Shown one piece after another: positions 50,454 to 63,068 of a DNA stretch of 64,000 nucleotides. Under the pieces are notes generated by a model. It worked only from the letters and a program-made list of their open reading frames with translations, searched no databases and was not told the origin of the DNA. Source of the stretch: Pristiophorus japonicus (Eukaryota); NCBI RefSeq assembly GCF_044704955.1, contig NC_091997.1, positions 16,554,001-16,618,000 of the forward strand, given 5' to 3'. The position numbers and the translations under genes are program-made. Position 1 is the first letter of the stretch. Each line of letters opens with the position of its first letter.

Positions 50454-50700
50454 ACTGTCACATCGGATTCATTCTGGAATGACAAAGGCTTTATCGTCAT
50501 TTATGATGGGATTCACTTGAACAGAAACTTGAAAGTGATCATCAGCTCGCTAGTTTGTTTTCCTTGCTAGGTATTCAGAGCTGTGGAAGCAAGAAGCGTA
50601 TAATAATGGCATTGGCAATGGTGGGGAAGGGCATAATAACCGATAAACTCTGGATACAGCAATAGTGTCCTAATGCTTTGTTACAATTTTGTAATTGTAG

Positions 50701-50794
50701 GTTCAGAGGAGAGTAAAGAAACAAGTCCAGCAGAACCAGCAAGTCCCACAGTCGGCCTGGACAGAAAGGCAAGACGGAAATTTTTGGACCTTGG
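50701..50794 (+). CDS. SAMD14: SAMD14-like coding exon (alternative in-frame acceptor would start at 50707)
   Basis: TTGTAG acceptor (or TTCAG 6 nt later), GG|GTAGGT donor, phase 1 to 2. Encodes (GS)EESKETSPAEPASPTVGLDRKARRKFLDLG, versus recalled human DDSRDASPPEPASPTIGLDKKTRRKFLDLG. Absent from the ORF track. Confidence 0.9.
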
Positions 50795-51097
50795 GTAGGT
50801 GTTGTTGTAATTCGAATAAAGTAAACACTCAAACTTTATCCTTTTGATACAAACACACCAGAATGTAGCAGGTGAAGAGATTGTAAAAATGCTTTAGCTC
50901 TGTAATTTACAATTTCAAGTGTACGCATCAGACCACGGCAAACAAGGAAAGACAATATCCATCCTACTGAATCATCCAACAGTCATCTGTTTGGATTGTA
51001 ATACATACAGTATATTTTGCTGGTTTTTCATCTGAGTACGTTGAGGAGAAGGTGGTTTCTAATTAGGAATAACTGAAATACAACTGCAAAAATACAA

Positions 51098-51281
51098 TGG
51101 GGGTGAAACTGTTCGTGAGCGATAAAACAAAACTGGCGATTGTGAACCGGCAGCCCATTTTACACTCTGCCCGATATCCTTTTCTGACTTCAATGGAAAA
51201 GAGTATCGGGGCTGAGTGTAAAACGGGCTGCTGATTCGTTGTCGCCCGTTTAACTGTACTGCCCAAGACAAATTGTATCCC
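51098..51281. mobile_element. Short fold-back MITE
   Basis: GCAGCCCATTTTACACTC...GAGTGTAAAACGGGCTGC dyad around a GACTTCAATG centre; related stubs near 2610-2715 and 51488-51598. Confidence 0.65.
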
Positions 51282-52864
51282 AATCGATGTTTAGTTTCAA
51301 ATTTAGTTAGGTGTCCATCAAAGGTTGGTGCAGCTGTAGCCCACCACCTTGACCAGTCCATAGTCAACTCTTTAGAATCTTCCATTCTTTAACCTTCTTT
51401 CCATCAGATCTGCCAAGTGCCCACCCATCCTTTTTGGTTTAAAAATTGCTTTCCTCAGTCATATATCACACTTGAAAAGCTAGCTTTTTGGGGATAATTT
51501 TGACTTTATTGGCAACGAAAATCAGGAGAGATGTATAATCGATATGGAATCGATATTGCCCGTTTTACACTATCACCTTGAGTAAAAATTACCCCCCATA
51601 TCTTCAAATGGTTTCCGATCTATATCACTATTATGGATCGTAAGTATGTTTGCTCACATCTCTCCAGTGTAGACAGGTCTCTATCCTTTTGTCTAACTGA
51701 ACCATTAGGGCTTTGCAAAAGATACAGAGACAATTCTTAACCGTTGTTGTAAAATATTCAGCTATTCCGGACAAAATTATGTTCCAAAAGTTTGTTTGAA
51801 ATCAGTCATTTTATTATTCAATGGATGTTATACATAGATATGTCACTTTAACAGAAAACGACTGGATCTCTGCCTGTTCTGCTCTCCACCTTTAAAAACC
51901 TCCCTAAAACTAATTTCTGCAAACAAGCTTTCAGTCCCCCCTTTCCCCTCCCTCCCTCCCTCCCGCACCCCCATCCCATTATGGCTTGATGTCCAGATGT
52001 TTTTATGTTGATTTGTGAAGCACCTTTCGAAGTTTCTTTACATTAAATGTACAATATGTACAAGTTGTTGGTCTTTTGAAACAAAAAGTAGCTGCTGTCC
52101 AATTAATCAAGGTGTGCCATTGATATCACTCTTGGAGAAGTGTGCAGCCTGGGCTGTCCTGACCAGTAACACAAAACATTGCTTTATGCTAAGATTTCTT
52201 TCTCTATCGCCATTTAGAGTGTCTGCACTCCGCTGGCAAGTTGTTGACAGGTTTAAAAAAAAAGGAAGAAATTCTGTAACCCAATTAAAAACACAGGGGT
52301 AGAAATTAGTCCTCGCTTCTGTTTTCTGGATGGAAAATTGACGCAAAAGGGACCAATTTCGGGACACACGTCCCACGCCTGATCCGCACCACTGTTATGG
52401 GCACCGCCATATTGGTAAAGGCAACATTGCAGGCGTCCCAGTCGGCCACCTAAAATCGGCGGTAGGCCCCACAAATATGTAAGTGAGAGGCCTGATGCGT
52501 GTTTTAGGCTCCCCTTGCAGAAATTGACTTTGATTGAGGGGAGCAGGAGCTGGACGTGCTTCTCTTGGGATTCGTAAGCTGAAGCAGCAATTGCCACCAA
52601 AAGGTAACTTTTTCTTAAATTTGAAAAAAAGGTTTCTTGTGGAGGCAGGAGGAGCAAAGAATACTTCCCCCGACTCCGCAGTATCCAGATTGCTGCCCCC
52701 TGCCTGGGATGCCTGCAAAGTCGCCTTTACCAATATGGCGGTGCCCATAACGGATCAGGCATGGGACGTGTATCGCGAAATTGGTCCTTGTCGCTCCAGC
52801 TCTCTCTAAGGACTTGCCTTCCATGACATACACTGGCATTTCGCGCAAAAATGTTAATCAGATG

Positions 52865-53160
52865 TGTAATATTATTTGCTTCATGGGTTCTTTGCTTAAG
52901 AATTCATAGCAACACATTGCTATTAAGAACTAATTGGTTTATTAGCAAAGGTTTAACAATCACACTACACATTACCAATTCATCCACCAGGCTCACAACC
53001 ACCGGCCTCAGCGTGGATCCCCTGAACCCAACTGGCTGGGGTTTTATTGAGTCTTGTGAACATCACATGACTGGCTAAGCCACTCCCAATGCATCAGCTC
53101 TACAACTACTTTGGTTCCAACAGCTCTACAAACCTGTGAGCATACTCATAGGCGCATACA
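52865..53160 (-). mobile_element. LTR family A, copy 3 (12-bp insert with 14-bp duplication)
   Basis: Starts TGTAAT; highly similar to copy 2; contains CATCAGCTCTACAA-ctactttggttc-CAACAGCTCTACAA. Confidence 0.8.
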
Positions 53161-54732
53161 GGACCAATTTTGGGCCATCCTCAGACTTCTTGGTAGAGGC
53201 GCCACTGGTTATGGATCTGAACACAGATTATAGCTCATTTCCACCTCACAATCTCCACAGATTTTGGAGTGCGTTAGATGTTTAAAGAAAAAATTGGAAG
53301 AAATGTGAAGAATGTAGAAAATTGGATTACGCAGTTTATTCCCTTGTGTGGCAAAGTGCTGCCTCTACTTTTTCTTATAATCAAATAATCAATGCCTGAA
53401 GGAACCACTTTAGATCCTTACTCTTACTCTGTCTTTAGGAACTGCAAAAAGGCATCTTATATTGAACCATGTTTTTAGTAGTGAGAGAGCCATAAATAAT
53501 GTGTGTTATATTAGAGTGCTATTGTGAGGGGTATTGAACAGAGAGGATATTTATGAGCCATCCCAACTGATGAAGCTGTAAAAACAGCCTGATTTGCATG
53601 AAGTCGATAATGTTCGTTGACTTATCAGTTAATCATCGAAATAATCAAAGAAAAATTATGATGTGGCTGGTTTGCATGGGATTTATTTTTTGTTGATTAG
53701 TTTTTATGACATTTATCACAGTTTGACGATCTTGCAACATCTGGTGTGTACAAGGATCCAAGAATGCTCATGACTAATGTCTCTCAGATATAAAATCTCA
53801 GTTCCGTGAATAATGTTCAGAATCACTCAAGATATGTCAAGTTATTTTTGAACATGAAAGATTACTTAACAACTAAACTATGTTCTGCCATCTTGTATTT
53901 TTGTTCACAACTTGTTAGTAAACAACTATACCTCAACCAATACCACCAAAACAAATTATCTGGTCATTTATCTCGTTGCTGTTTGTGGCACTTTGCTATG
54001 TGCAAATTGGCCGCTGTGAAACTTTGAGAAAGGCACTATATAAATATAAGTTCTCTCTTTGTGAGTGGACTATTCATACATATTAGCTGTGGTCTGATCA
54101 TTCTTACTGGTCATAAATAGATCAACATATAGTAGCATAAAGTAAAAGAGTCTGGGGGAGAAATTGGGTGCCCTTGTGCCTCCCATTAGCACCCCTGGGG
54201 GGCGCTAATGGGGCCCAAATGCCTTGGCAAACAGACACGCGCTGACATTCACTCCCGCCATATTCGGAGGGAGTTTAGCAGCGACGTTACAGCGTTGTGC
54301 TCCGATCTCCTGTGCCCGGAGATTGTGACATCATCGCTGTGCGCATCGCCCCTGTAGCGTCCCGGACCCGAAATTGATTTCCGCCCTTTGCACCAGCATC
54401 GGGTGAAAGTAACGACAACTGCAGGAGGCATGCATCGGGCGGCCGGCCACTTTGGGGGCGATGATTAAAGGCGAGGTGGCCGAGGTAAGTGTTATGCATC
54501 TGTAAAACATACACTCCCATGTTCTGCCACCAGGGAGTGCATCCCCTGAAGTACCAAGGGATCCCAGCATCCCTTGGGAGCACTGTATATAAGCTGGCCC
54601 CTAAGGCCTATTCCTCACTCTGGAGTGTCTTAATAAAGACTGAGGTCACTGTCACTTTAACCTCCCTGAGTGCAGTCTCATCTGTGTTAGGAACACAATA
54701 ACTGGCGACGAGTATACGAATCCAACGCAAAG

Positions 54733-55741
54733 ATGCAGCAAACTGTGGGCATCCTGGAGAAGTTCTCGGAGGGTAAGGACTGGGAAGCCTATGTCGAATG
54801 GCTAGACCAGTACGTTGTAGCCAACAAGCTGGACGGAGAAGGAAGTGCTGCAAAAAGGAGAGCGGTCCTCCTCACGGTCTGCGGGGCACTGACCTACAGC
54901 CTTATGAAGAATCTTCTGGCTCCAGTGAAACCCACAGATAAGTCGTATGAGGAGCTGTGTACACTGGTTCGGGAGCATCTTTACCCGAGGGAGAGCGTGC
55001 TGATGGCGAGGTATCGGTTCTACACGTGCCAGCGATCTGACAGTCAGGAAGTGGCGAGCTATGTCGCCGAGCTAAGGCGACTTGCAGGACAATGTGAGTT
55101 TGATGGCTACCTGCAGCAAATGCTCAGAGACTTTTTTGTACTGCGCATTGGCCACGAGACCATCCTACAAAAACTTTTGACTGTAGAGACACTGACCCTC
55201 AGTAAGGCCATTGCGATATTTCCACCAGTGATAAAACCAGGCAAATCTCTCAGCACACAAGTGCTAGCAATGTTCATAAATTAACTGGAATTGTGTTTGC
55301 GAGCAGAAATGTATGGGGCAGAAACCATGAGTCTGCAGCTGCCAGCAGGCCTCAGGTGATCCAGATGACTCAGAATCCACAACAAAGGATGAATGCAAAG
55401 CAATTCACACCTTGTTGGCGTTGTGCAGGCTTCCATTCAGCCTATTCATGCCGCTTCCCAAGGGTATGTTTGCAAGAGCTGTGGAACAATGGGGCACCTC
55501 CAACGAGCTTGCAGACGAGCTGCAAGCTCTGCAAAACCTGCTAACCACCACGTGGCAGAAGAAGATCGGTCCATGGTGGATCAAAGCAATTTTGAGCCTC
55601 AGAGAGAGGAGACAGATGCTGAAGAACACGGGGTGCACGGTGCACACATTTTCAATGAAATGTCCACCTATAATGCTCATTGCAAAATTGAATGGCTTAC
55701 CCATAGCCATGGAACTGGACACTGGCGCTAGCCAATCATAA
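54733..55741 (+). pseudogene. Gypsy gag and start of protease (frameshifted)
   Basis: MQQTVGILEKFSEGKDWEAYVE...; knuckles CWRCAGFHSAYSC and CKSCGTMGHLQRAC; protease motif MELDTGASQS. Confidence 0.88.
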
Positions 55742-55896
55742 AAAGATATTTGAGAGACTGTGGTGCAACAAGGCACTCAGACCAGCGCTGAGCCCCATCC
55801 ACACAAAACTGAGAAAGTACACCAAAGAGCTTATCACTGTCCTGGGCAGCGCCATGGTCAAGGTCACTACAAGGGCACGGTGCACGAAATGCCACT

Positions 55897-58833
55897 TTGA
55901 TTGTCCCGGGCGATGGCCCCACACTGCTTGGAAGGAGCTGGCTGGGCAGAATCTGCTGGAACTGGGATGACATCCGAGCGCTATCAGATGTCAGTGAGGC
56001 CTCATGTACCCAGGTTCTTAACAAATTTCATTCCCTTTTTGAGCCAGGCATTGGAAACTTTTCCGGGGCGAAGGTGTGGATCCACTTGGTCCCAGAGGCA
56101 CGACCCATTCACCACAAGGCAGTACCTCACATGATGAGGGAGAGAGTGGAAATCGAGCTGGACAGGCTGCAATGCGAGGGCATCATCTCCCCAGTGGAAT
56201 TCAGCGAGTGGGCCAGCCCGATTGTTCCAGTACTCAAAAGTGATGGCACGGTCATGATTTGCGGTGACTATAAAGTAACTGCAAATCGTTTCTCGCTACA
56301 GGACCAATACCCGCTACCTAAGGCAGATGACCTATTTGGACGCTGGTAGGAGGCAAGATGTTCACCAAGCTCGACCTAACTTTGGCCTACATGACGCAGG
56401 AGCTAGAGGAGTCTTCGAAGGGCCTCACCTGCATCAACACACACAAGGGACTGTTCATCTACAAAAGTTGCCCGTTTGGAATTCGATTGGCTGCAGCGAT
56501 CTTCCAGAGAAACATGGAGAGCCTACTCAAGTCAGTACCACGCACGGTGGTTTTTCAGGACGACATATTGGTCACGGGCCGGGACACCGTCGAGCACCTA
56601 CAAAACCTGGAGGAGGTGCTCCAGCGACTGGATCGCGTAGCGCTGTGGCTGAAGAGGTCGAAATGCGTCTTCATGGCAACAGAAGTGGAGTTTTTTGGAA
56701 GAAAGATTGCGGCGGACAGCATTAGGCCCACAGACGCCAAGACAGGGGCTGTCAGGAATACGCCCAGGCCACAGAACATCACAGAGCTGCGGTCGTTCCT
56801 GGGACTCCTCAACTATTTTGGTAACTTCCTACCGGGGTTAAGCACCCTCTTAGAGCCCCAACATGTTTTATTGTGTAAAGGTGAGAACTGGGTATGGGGA
56901 AAAAACCAAGTAATTGCTTTTGAGAAAGCCAGAAACATTTTATGCTCAAACAAGCTGCTTGTATTGTATAACCCGTGTAAAAGACTTGTGCTAGCATGTG
57001 ATGTGTCATCGTACGGAGTCGGGTGTGTACTACAACAAGCTAACATTGCGGGGAAGTTGCAACCTGTTGCCTATGCCTCCAGGAGCTTGTTTAAGGTTGA
57101 GAGGGCCTACAGCATGATTCAGAAAGAGGCATTAGCGTATGTGTTCGGGGTAAAGAAAATGCATCAGTACCTGTTTGGCCTCAAATTTGAGCACGAAATT
57201 GATCACAAGCCCCTCACATCCCTGTTCCCTGAAAACAAGGGGATAAATACTAATGTCTCAGCCCGCATACAAAGGTGGGCACTCGCGCTATCAGCGTATA
57301 ATGATACCATCCACCACAGGCCAGGCACCAAGACTGTGCGGATGCTCTCAGTCGGCTACCATTGCCCACCACGGGGGTGGAAATGGTGCAGCCTGCAAAC
57401 TTGTTGATGTGGCTCAGCCCGCAGACTTGTTGATGGTCATGGAAGCATTTGAAAATGATAAATCACCTGCCACGGCCCGCCAGGTTAGGACTTGGACCAG
57501 CTAAGATCCTCTGCTGTCCCTAGTAAAAAAACTGTGTACTGCATGGGAGCTGGGCCAGCATCCCCGTTGAAATGCAAGAGCTAATCAAGCCATTCCAGCG
57601 GTGAAAGGATGAGCTGTCCATTCAGGCAGACTGCCTGTTGTGGGGTAACCACATAGTGCTACCAAAAAAGGGCAGGGAGATGTTCATCTCGGATCTCCAC
57701 AGCACACACCCGGGTATAGTAATGATGAAAGCGATAGCCAGATCCCACGTGTGGTGGCCCGGTATCGACTCTGACTTCGAGTCCTGTGTACGGCAATGCA
57801 GCGTGTGTGCTCAGTTGAGCAACGCGCCCAGAGAGGCACCACTAAGTTTGTGGTCCTGGCCCTCCAGACCATGGTCGAGGATCCATGTCGACTATGCGGG
57901 CCCGTTTCTCGGTAAAATGTTCCTGGTGGTGGTGGATGCTTTTTCAAAATGGATTGAATGTGAAATAATGTCGGGAAGCACTGCCACCGCCACCATTGAA
58001 AGCCTGAGGGCCATGTTTGCCACCCACGGCCTGCCTGACATACTGGTCAGTGACAACAGGCCATGTTTCACCAGTGCCGAATTTAAAGAATTCATGACCC
58101 GCAATGGGATCAAACATGTCACCTCGGCCCCGTTTAAACCAGCCTCCAATGGGCAGGTAGAGCGGGCAGTACAAACAATCAAACAGAACCTTAAACGAGT
58201 CACAGAAAGCTCACTCCAAACCCGCCTGTCCCGAGTACTGCTCAGCTACCGCATGAGACCCCACTCGCTCATAGGGGTGCCCCCGGCTGAGCTACTCATG
58301 AAAAGGACACTTAAAACCAGACTCTCACTGGTTCACTCCAACCTGCATGATCAGGTAGAGAACAGGCGGCAGCAAAAAATGTGAACGATGGTCGCGCCAC
58401 TCTGTCACGGGAAATTGATCTGAATGACCCTGTGTACGTGCTAAACTATGGACATGGTCCCAAGTGGATCGCGGGCACGGTGATAGCTAAAGAAGGGAGT
58501 AGGGTGTTTGTAGTCAAACTAGACAATGGACAAATTTGCAGAAAGCACCTGGACCAAACGAGGCTGTGGTTCACAGACTGCCCTGAGCAACCCACAGCAG
58601 ACACCACCTTTTCCGAGCCCACAACACACACCCAAAGGATCAACGACACCACCCCGGACCAGGAAATCGAACCCATCACGCCCAACAGCCCAGCAAGGCC
58701 AGGCTCACCCAGCAGCCCTGCAGGGCCAACAACATGCCAGCCCAGTGAGGGCACAGCCAACACACCAGAACAGACATTTGTACCGAGGCAGTCCACCAGG
58801 GAAAGAAAGGCTCCCGACCGCCTCATCTTGTAA
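55897..58833 (+). pseudogene. Gypsy pol (RT, RNase H, integrase) with stops and frameshifts
   Basis: EWASPIVPVLK, ICGDYK, FTKLDL, VVFQDDILV, LRSFLGLLNY, CDVSSYGVG, HSTHPG...CSVC, RIHVDYAGPF, VSDN, SNGQVERAV, GPKWIAG. Confidence 0.93.
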
Positions 58834-59606
58834 ATAGTTTTCACTTTGACTTTGGCGGGGGAGTGATGTTGTATATCTGTAAAGCATGCACTTCCATGTT
58901 CCGCCGCCAGGGAGCACATCCCCTGAAGTCCCAAGGGATCCCAGCATCCCTTGGGAGCACTGTATATAAGTCGGCCCCTAAGGCCTGTTCCTCACTCTGG
59001 AGTGTCTTATTAAAGACTGAGGTCACTGTTACTTTAACCACCCTGTGTGCAGTCTCATCTGTGTTGGGAACACAATAGTAAGTTTAAAAAAAAATACTTA
59101 ACTTTCTGGTTGAACTTTTTATCGTGGGTTCCTACCTGTGATCGTTCAGCCCAGCGCTCTGTTTGAATGCTGGGCTGATCGCACTAGTTCACCGCTCCCT
59201 TGGTGGCCTTTCATATTGCAGAGTCTCCCTTTAAGGGAGGGAAGGAGCCATTGAATGCGGCAGCGCTGCATGGCCCAGTGTGCACACTGCTGAGGTCTCT
59301 GCACTCTCCCTCCGCCCCACCCCCCCCCCACCTCCGGCTGTGGTCAGTGGTCTAAGAAGGAGGTGGAGTGCTTGAATTAGACAATTATTTTTTTTTAAGT
59401 TTAAAATCATTAGAGCCTGGTGCTAACTTTTCAAACTTTTAAAAATTAGCACCCCAAACGGGCAATAGTGAATTTCTGCCCTTCCTCCCCCTCCCCCCCC
59501 CTCCCCATTATTACATGATAAACCCATTACTAAGATGCAGATGCAATCAAGTCAAAAAGTATTATTGAGTTCAATGAAGGGAAAGGTTTTGAAGTGTCAC
59601 TGAAAA

Positions 59607-59880
59607 TAGGTTTAAGGTGATTGGCAAAAGTACCAAAGGCGATTTAAGAAAAAACTTTATTACGCAGCGAGTGGTTAGGATCTGGAATGCACTGCCCGAA
59701 ACAATGGTGGAGGCAGCCTCAATCTTATCTCTCAAAAGGGAGTTGGATAAGTATCTGAAGGAAAAAAAATTGCAGGGTTACGGGGAAAGGGCAGGGGAGT
59801 GGGACTAGCTGAGAGTCTGCACGAGCTCGACGGGCCAAATTGCCTTCTTCCGTGCTGTAACCATTCGGTGATTCTACGAT
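59607..59880 (+). mobile_element. CR1 3' fragment
   Basis: RKNFITQRVVRIWNALPE...ELDKYL plus 3' UTR. Confidence 0.8.
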
Positions 59881-60274
59881 ATCGGCAGAGGCTTAGAAAG
59901 AGGTAAAAAAATCCCATTCTTTTGGCTAGAAATAGGGTGTATGACACCTTCTGGGGGAAGAGCAGCAAAACAAACTAAAAGATAATTAAAACTAAACTGG
60001 TTAAGCTAAATGTTCGTTTCCTACATTGGCCGGCAGTGGTTGCTATGGATATTTCAGAAGTTGGAAGCGAGAGCTGAGGGGGCAATATTTATTTTGTGGT
60101 GGAGTCTGGAGGAAGTCCTGATCCAAATATAATGGCTGATCGTAAAACTGGCTCTGACCCAATATTATCTTTCTTATTGTAAAAAAATATTATTTTAAAC
60201 CTAGTTTATCATTTTTTTTAAATAAAAATGCTATCAGTGCAGCTGCTGCCAGAATTGTCAAAAATCAAAGAGCA

Positions 60275-61036
60275 AGTTATTTAAATGGAGAAAGATTGCA
60301 AAGTGCTGCAGTACAGCGGGACCTGGGGGTACTTGTGCATGAAGTACAAAAGGATAGTATGCAGGTACAGCAAGTGATCAGGAAGGCCAATGGTATCTTG
60401 GCCTTTATTGCAAAGGGGATGGAGTATAAAAGCAGGGAAGACTTACTACAGCTATATAAGTTATTGGTGAGGCCACACCTGGAATACTGCGTGCAGTTTT
60501 GGTTTCCATATTTACGAAAGGATATACTTGCTTTGGAGGCAGTTCAGAGAAGGTTCACTCGGTTGATTCCAGAGATGAGGGGGTTGACTTATGAGGAAAG
60601 GTTGAGTCGGTTGGGCCTCTACTCATTGGAGTTCAGAAGAATGAGAGGCGATCTTATCAAAACGTATAAGATTATGAGGGGGCTTGACAAGGTGGATGCA
60701 GAGAGGATATTTCCACTGATGGGAGAGACTAGAACTAGAGGGCATGATCTTAGAATAAGGGGCCGCCCATTTAAAACAGAGATGAGGAGAAATTTCTTCT
60801 CTCAGAGGATTGTAAATTTGTGGAATTCGCTGCCTCAGAGAGCTGTGGAAGCTGGGACATTGAATAAATTTAAGAGAGTTTCTTAAACGATAAGGGGATA
60901 AAGGGTTATGGGGTGCAGGCAGGGAAGTGGAGCTGAGTCCATGATCAGATCAGCTATGATCTTATTGAATGGCGGAGCAGGCTCGAGGGGCCATATGACC
61001 TACTCCTGGGCATTTCTTATGTTCTTACGTTCTTAT
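60275..61036 (+). mobile_element. CR1 3' fragment
   Basis: ORF 60296-60886 QRDLGVLVH...LVRPHLEYCVQFW...LWNSLPQ; TTCTTATG tail. Confidence 0.92.
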
Positions 61037-61079
61037 GCTATGCCCAGCATTCACATTTCACAGTGAATTCCAATGCCTG

Positions 61080-61735
61080 GTTGTAAAAAAGTAATGATGT
61101 TTCCCCACATCTGACCTTATGATGGAGGGAAGGTCAATAATGAAGCAACTGAAGAAGGTTGGACCTAGGACATTTCCCTGAGAAACTCCTGCAGCGCTGT
61201 CCTGGCCTCTAACCCCACAACCATCTTCCTTTGTGCTAGCTATGACTCCAGCCAGTGGAGAGTTTTCCCCCTGATGTCCATTGACTTCAGTTTTACTCGG
61301 GCTCTTTGATGCCACACTCGGTCAAATGCTGCCTTGATGTCAAGGGCAGTCACTCTCACCTCATCTCTGGAATTCAGCTCTTTTGTCCATGTTTGGACCA
61401 AGGTTGTAATTAGGTCTGGAGCTGAGTGGCCCTGGCGGAACCCAAGCTGAGCATCGGTGAGCAGGGAGTCATCAAATCAAATCATAGGCAGTCCTTCATA
61501 GGAGTAAATGCTGATTGATAACATTGTTGACGACACCTTCCATCACTTTGCTGATGATTGAGAGTAGACTAATGAGGCGGTAATTGGCCGGATTGGATTT
61601 GTCCTGCTTTTTGTGTACCGGACATACCTGGGCAGTTTTCCACACTGTCGGGATGCCAGTGTCGTAGCTGTACTGGAACACCTTGGCTTGAGGTACGGCT
61701 AGTTCTGAAGGACAAGTCAGTAGTGCTGATTTTTG
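61080..61735 (-). mobile_element. LINE RT fragment (probably the family of 10060 and 30022), internally deleted
   Basis: KKQDKSNPANYRLISLLSIISKVME and GVSQGNVLGPTFFSCFIIDLP; a tiny RTE-tail-like stub ATCATAGGCAGTCC near 61481. Confidence 0.8.
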
Positions 61736-62337
61736 AGGCTGCATGTGTAGTTTCTGGGAGATGAGTGTGGCAGGAAGTTCGTCCACTTGACTGAGTGCTG
61801 ACCAACTGGGATTTCCTGGGGTCAGTCACATTTCATAACAGTAATAAGCACCCAGTTCATATTGGGCCTGGGCTGTGCCAGCTCGTTAGAGGGGTGGGCG
61901 TGAGAAGTCGTGCGGCTGCAGTCCTTAAGCAAGTGCTGATGAAACACTTTAATGGTCATGGTCACCTAAAGGTAAGTGATCATGTTGGCCTTTCAAAAGG
62001 TTGTAAATACTTTAACCCTGTATGTGAGTCTTTCCAAAAGCAGTTGAGGTTTAACAGAAACAGTGGCTAGTTGGAGTAAATGTGAAGGCAGGAAACTTAC
62101 TCTGTGGGATTGAGATGGCATTGAGATGTGCAGGTGCTGCTTCATGAGGTGGGTGCGAGGACCAATGTTCCCCTTAAGCTGTGCCACTGGGCAGGATTCT
62201 GCAGCTCTCACACTGCCGGCTCACTGGCTTTTAAAGGGACAAACCCCCCCCCCCCCCGCGTGAAATTTTGAATGCCGGTTAAAGGGGCCATGCGGCCCAA
62301 AACAAAATGAAAGGGAACAGTTATGAGCACCCATATT

Positions 62338-63026
62338 GGGCCGAAAATTGCGACCTTGCCGGGTCCGTACGAAGTGAGCACACACCCAGCGAGGCCCCGC
62401 AAAAGCCGGTTCTCGACACGAGATTTCTCATGACAGACCCTGTGCATCCCTGCAGGAAGAAGATACGCACAGGAGAGATTGGGCTATTTGCCCAACTCTT
62501 GCCCAGCAAATGTCCTTCAAACTTTTACACCTCGTAAAAGCAGGCACATAGCTTACTTTTACCAGCGTAACACTTTTAAAACATAGAAAAATTAAATTTA
62601 ATCACTCACTTTTATGTTAAGAACCCTGTCCATGAAGGTAAGAAAAAAAAATTCTAAAAAATATATTTTTTTCTAAAACATTTAATTACATTTAATTTCA
62701 ATTAATTTAAAATATGTGAGGTGTTTTTTTATTTATTATGCTGTGTTTCAATGTTTTAGGAATTATTCCCATTGATAGTACCTGCAATGGGAACTCATAC
62801 AAACGAAGTTCCAATTATTATCATTGAGAATACTGCCTATTGATTGGTGGTCCAGGCTCACGTGATTGCAAAATAGTCGTCTGTACATGAAAGATAGATG
62901 CTGCGCAGTGAATGAAGGCCTCTGACCAGAATCGTGCGTTTCTTCAGGACCAACAGGTAGTTTCGTACATTTTTTTCAGGTTGGATGCATTCGTATGAAG
63001 GAAGCTTCCGACCGCAATTTTACCCC
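62338..63026. mobile_element. Harbinger-type MITE
   Basis: GGGCCGAAAATTGCG ... CGCAATTTTACCCC ends; AT-rich centre. Confidence 0.7.
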
Positions 63027-63068
63027 CATTGTCAATAGGAACCCAATGGTTTCTGAGCGGGAAAACCA

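Larger units (their letters stand above)
54490..59077 (+). mobile_element. Full-length but degenerate Ty3/Gypsy LTR retrotransposon
   Basis: 211-bp LTRs (54490-54700, 58867-59077), 5-bp TSD GTAAG, PBS TGGCGACGAG (54703-54712), PPT GGCGGGGGAGTGA; domain order gag-PR-RT-RH-IN; no env. Confidence 0.96.
54154..59482. mobile_element. GC-rich Harbinger-type MITE split by the Gypsy insertion
   Basis: GGGGGAGAAATT ... AATTTCTGCCC ends; left arm homologous to 40377-40806. Confidence 0.65.

Noticed and set aside
52218-52250. TTTAG|A GTG TCT GCA CTC CGC as the next SAMD14 exon
   Set aside because: Gives GVSALRW rather than the expected GVTLRRAS...; the similarity does not continue.
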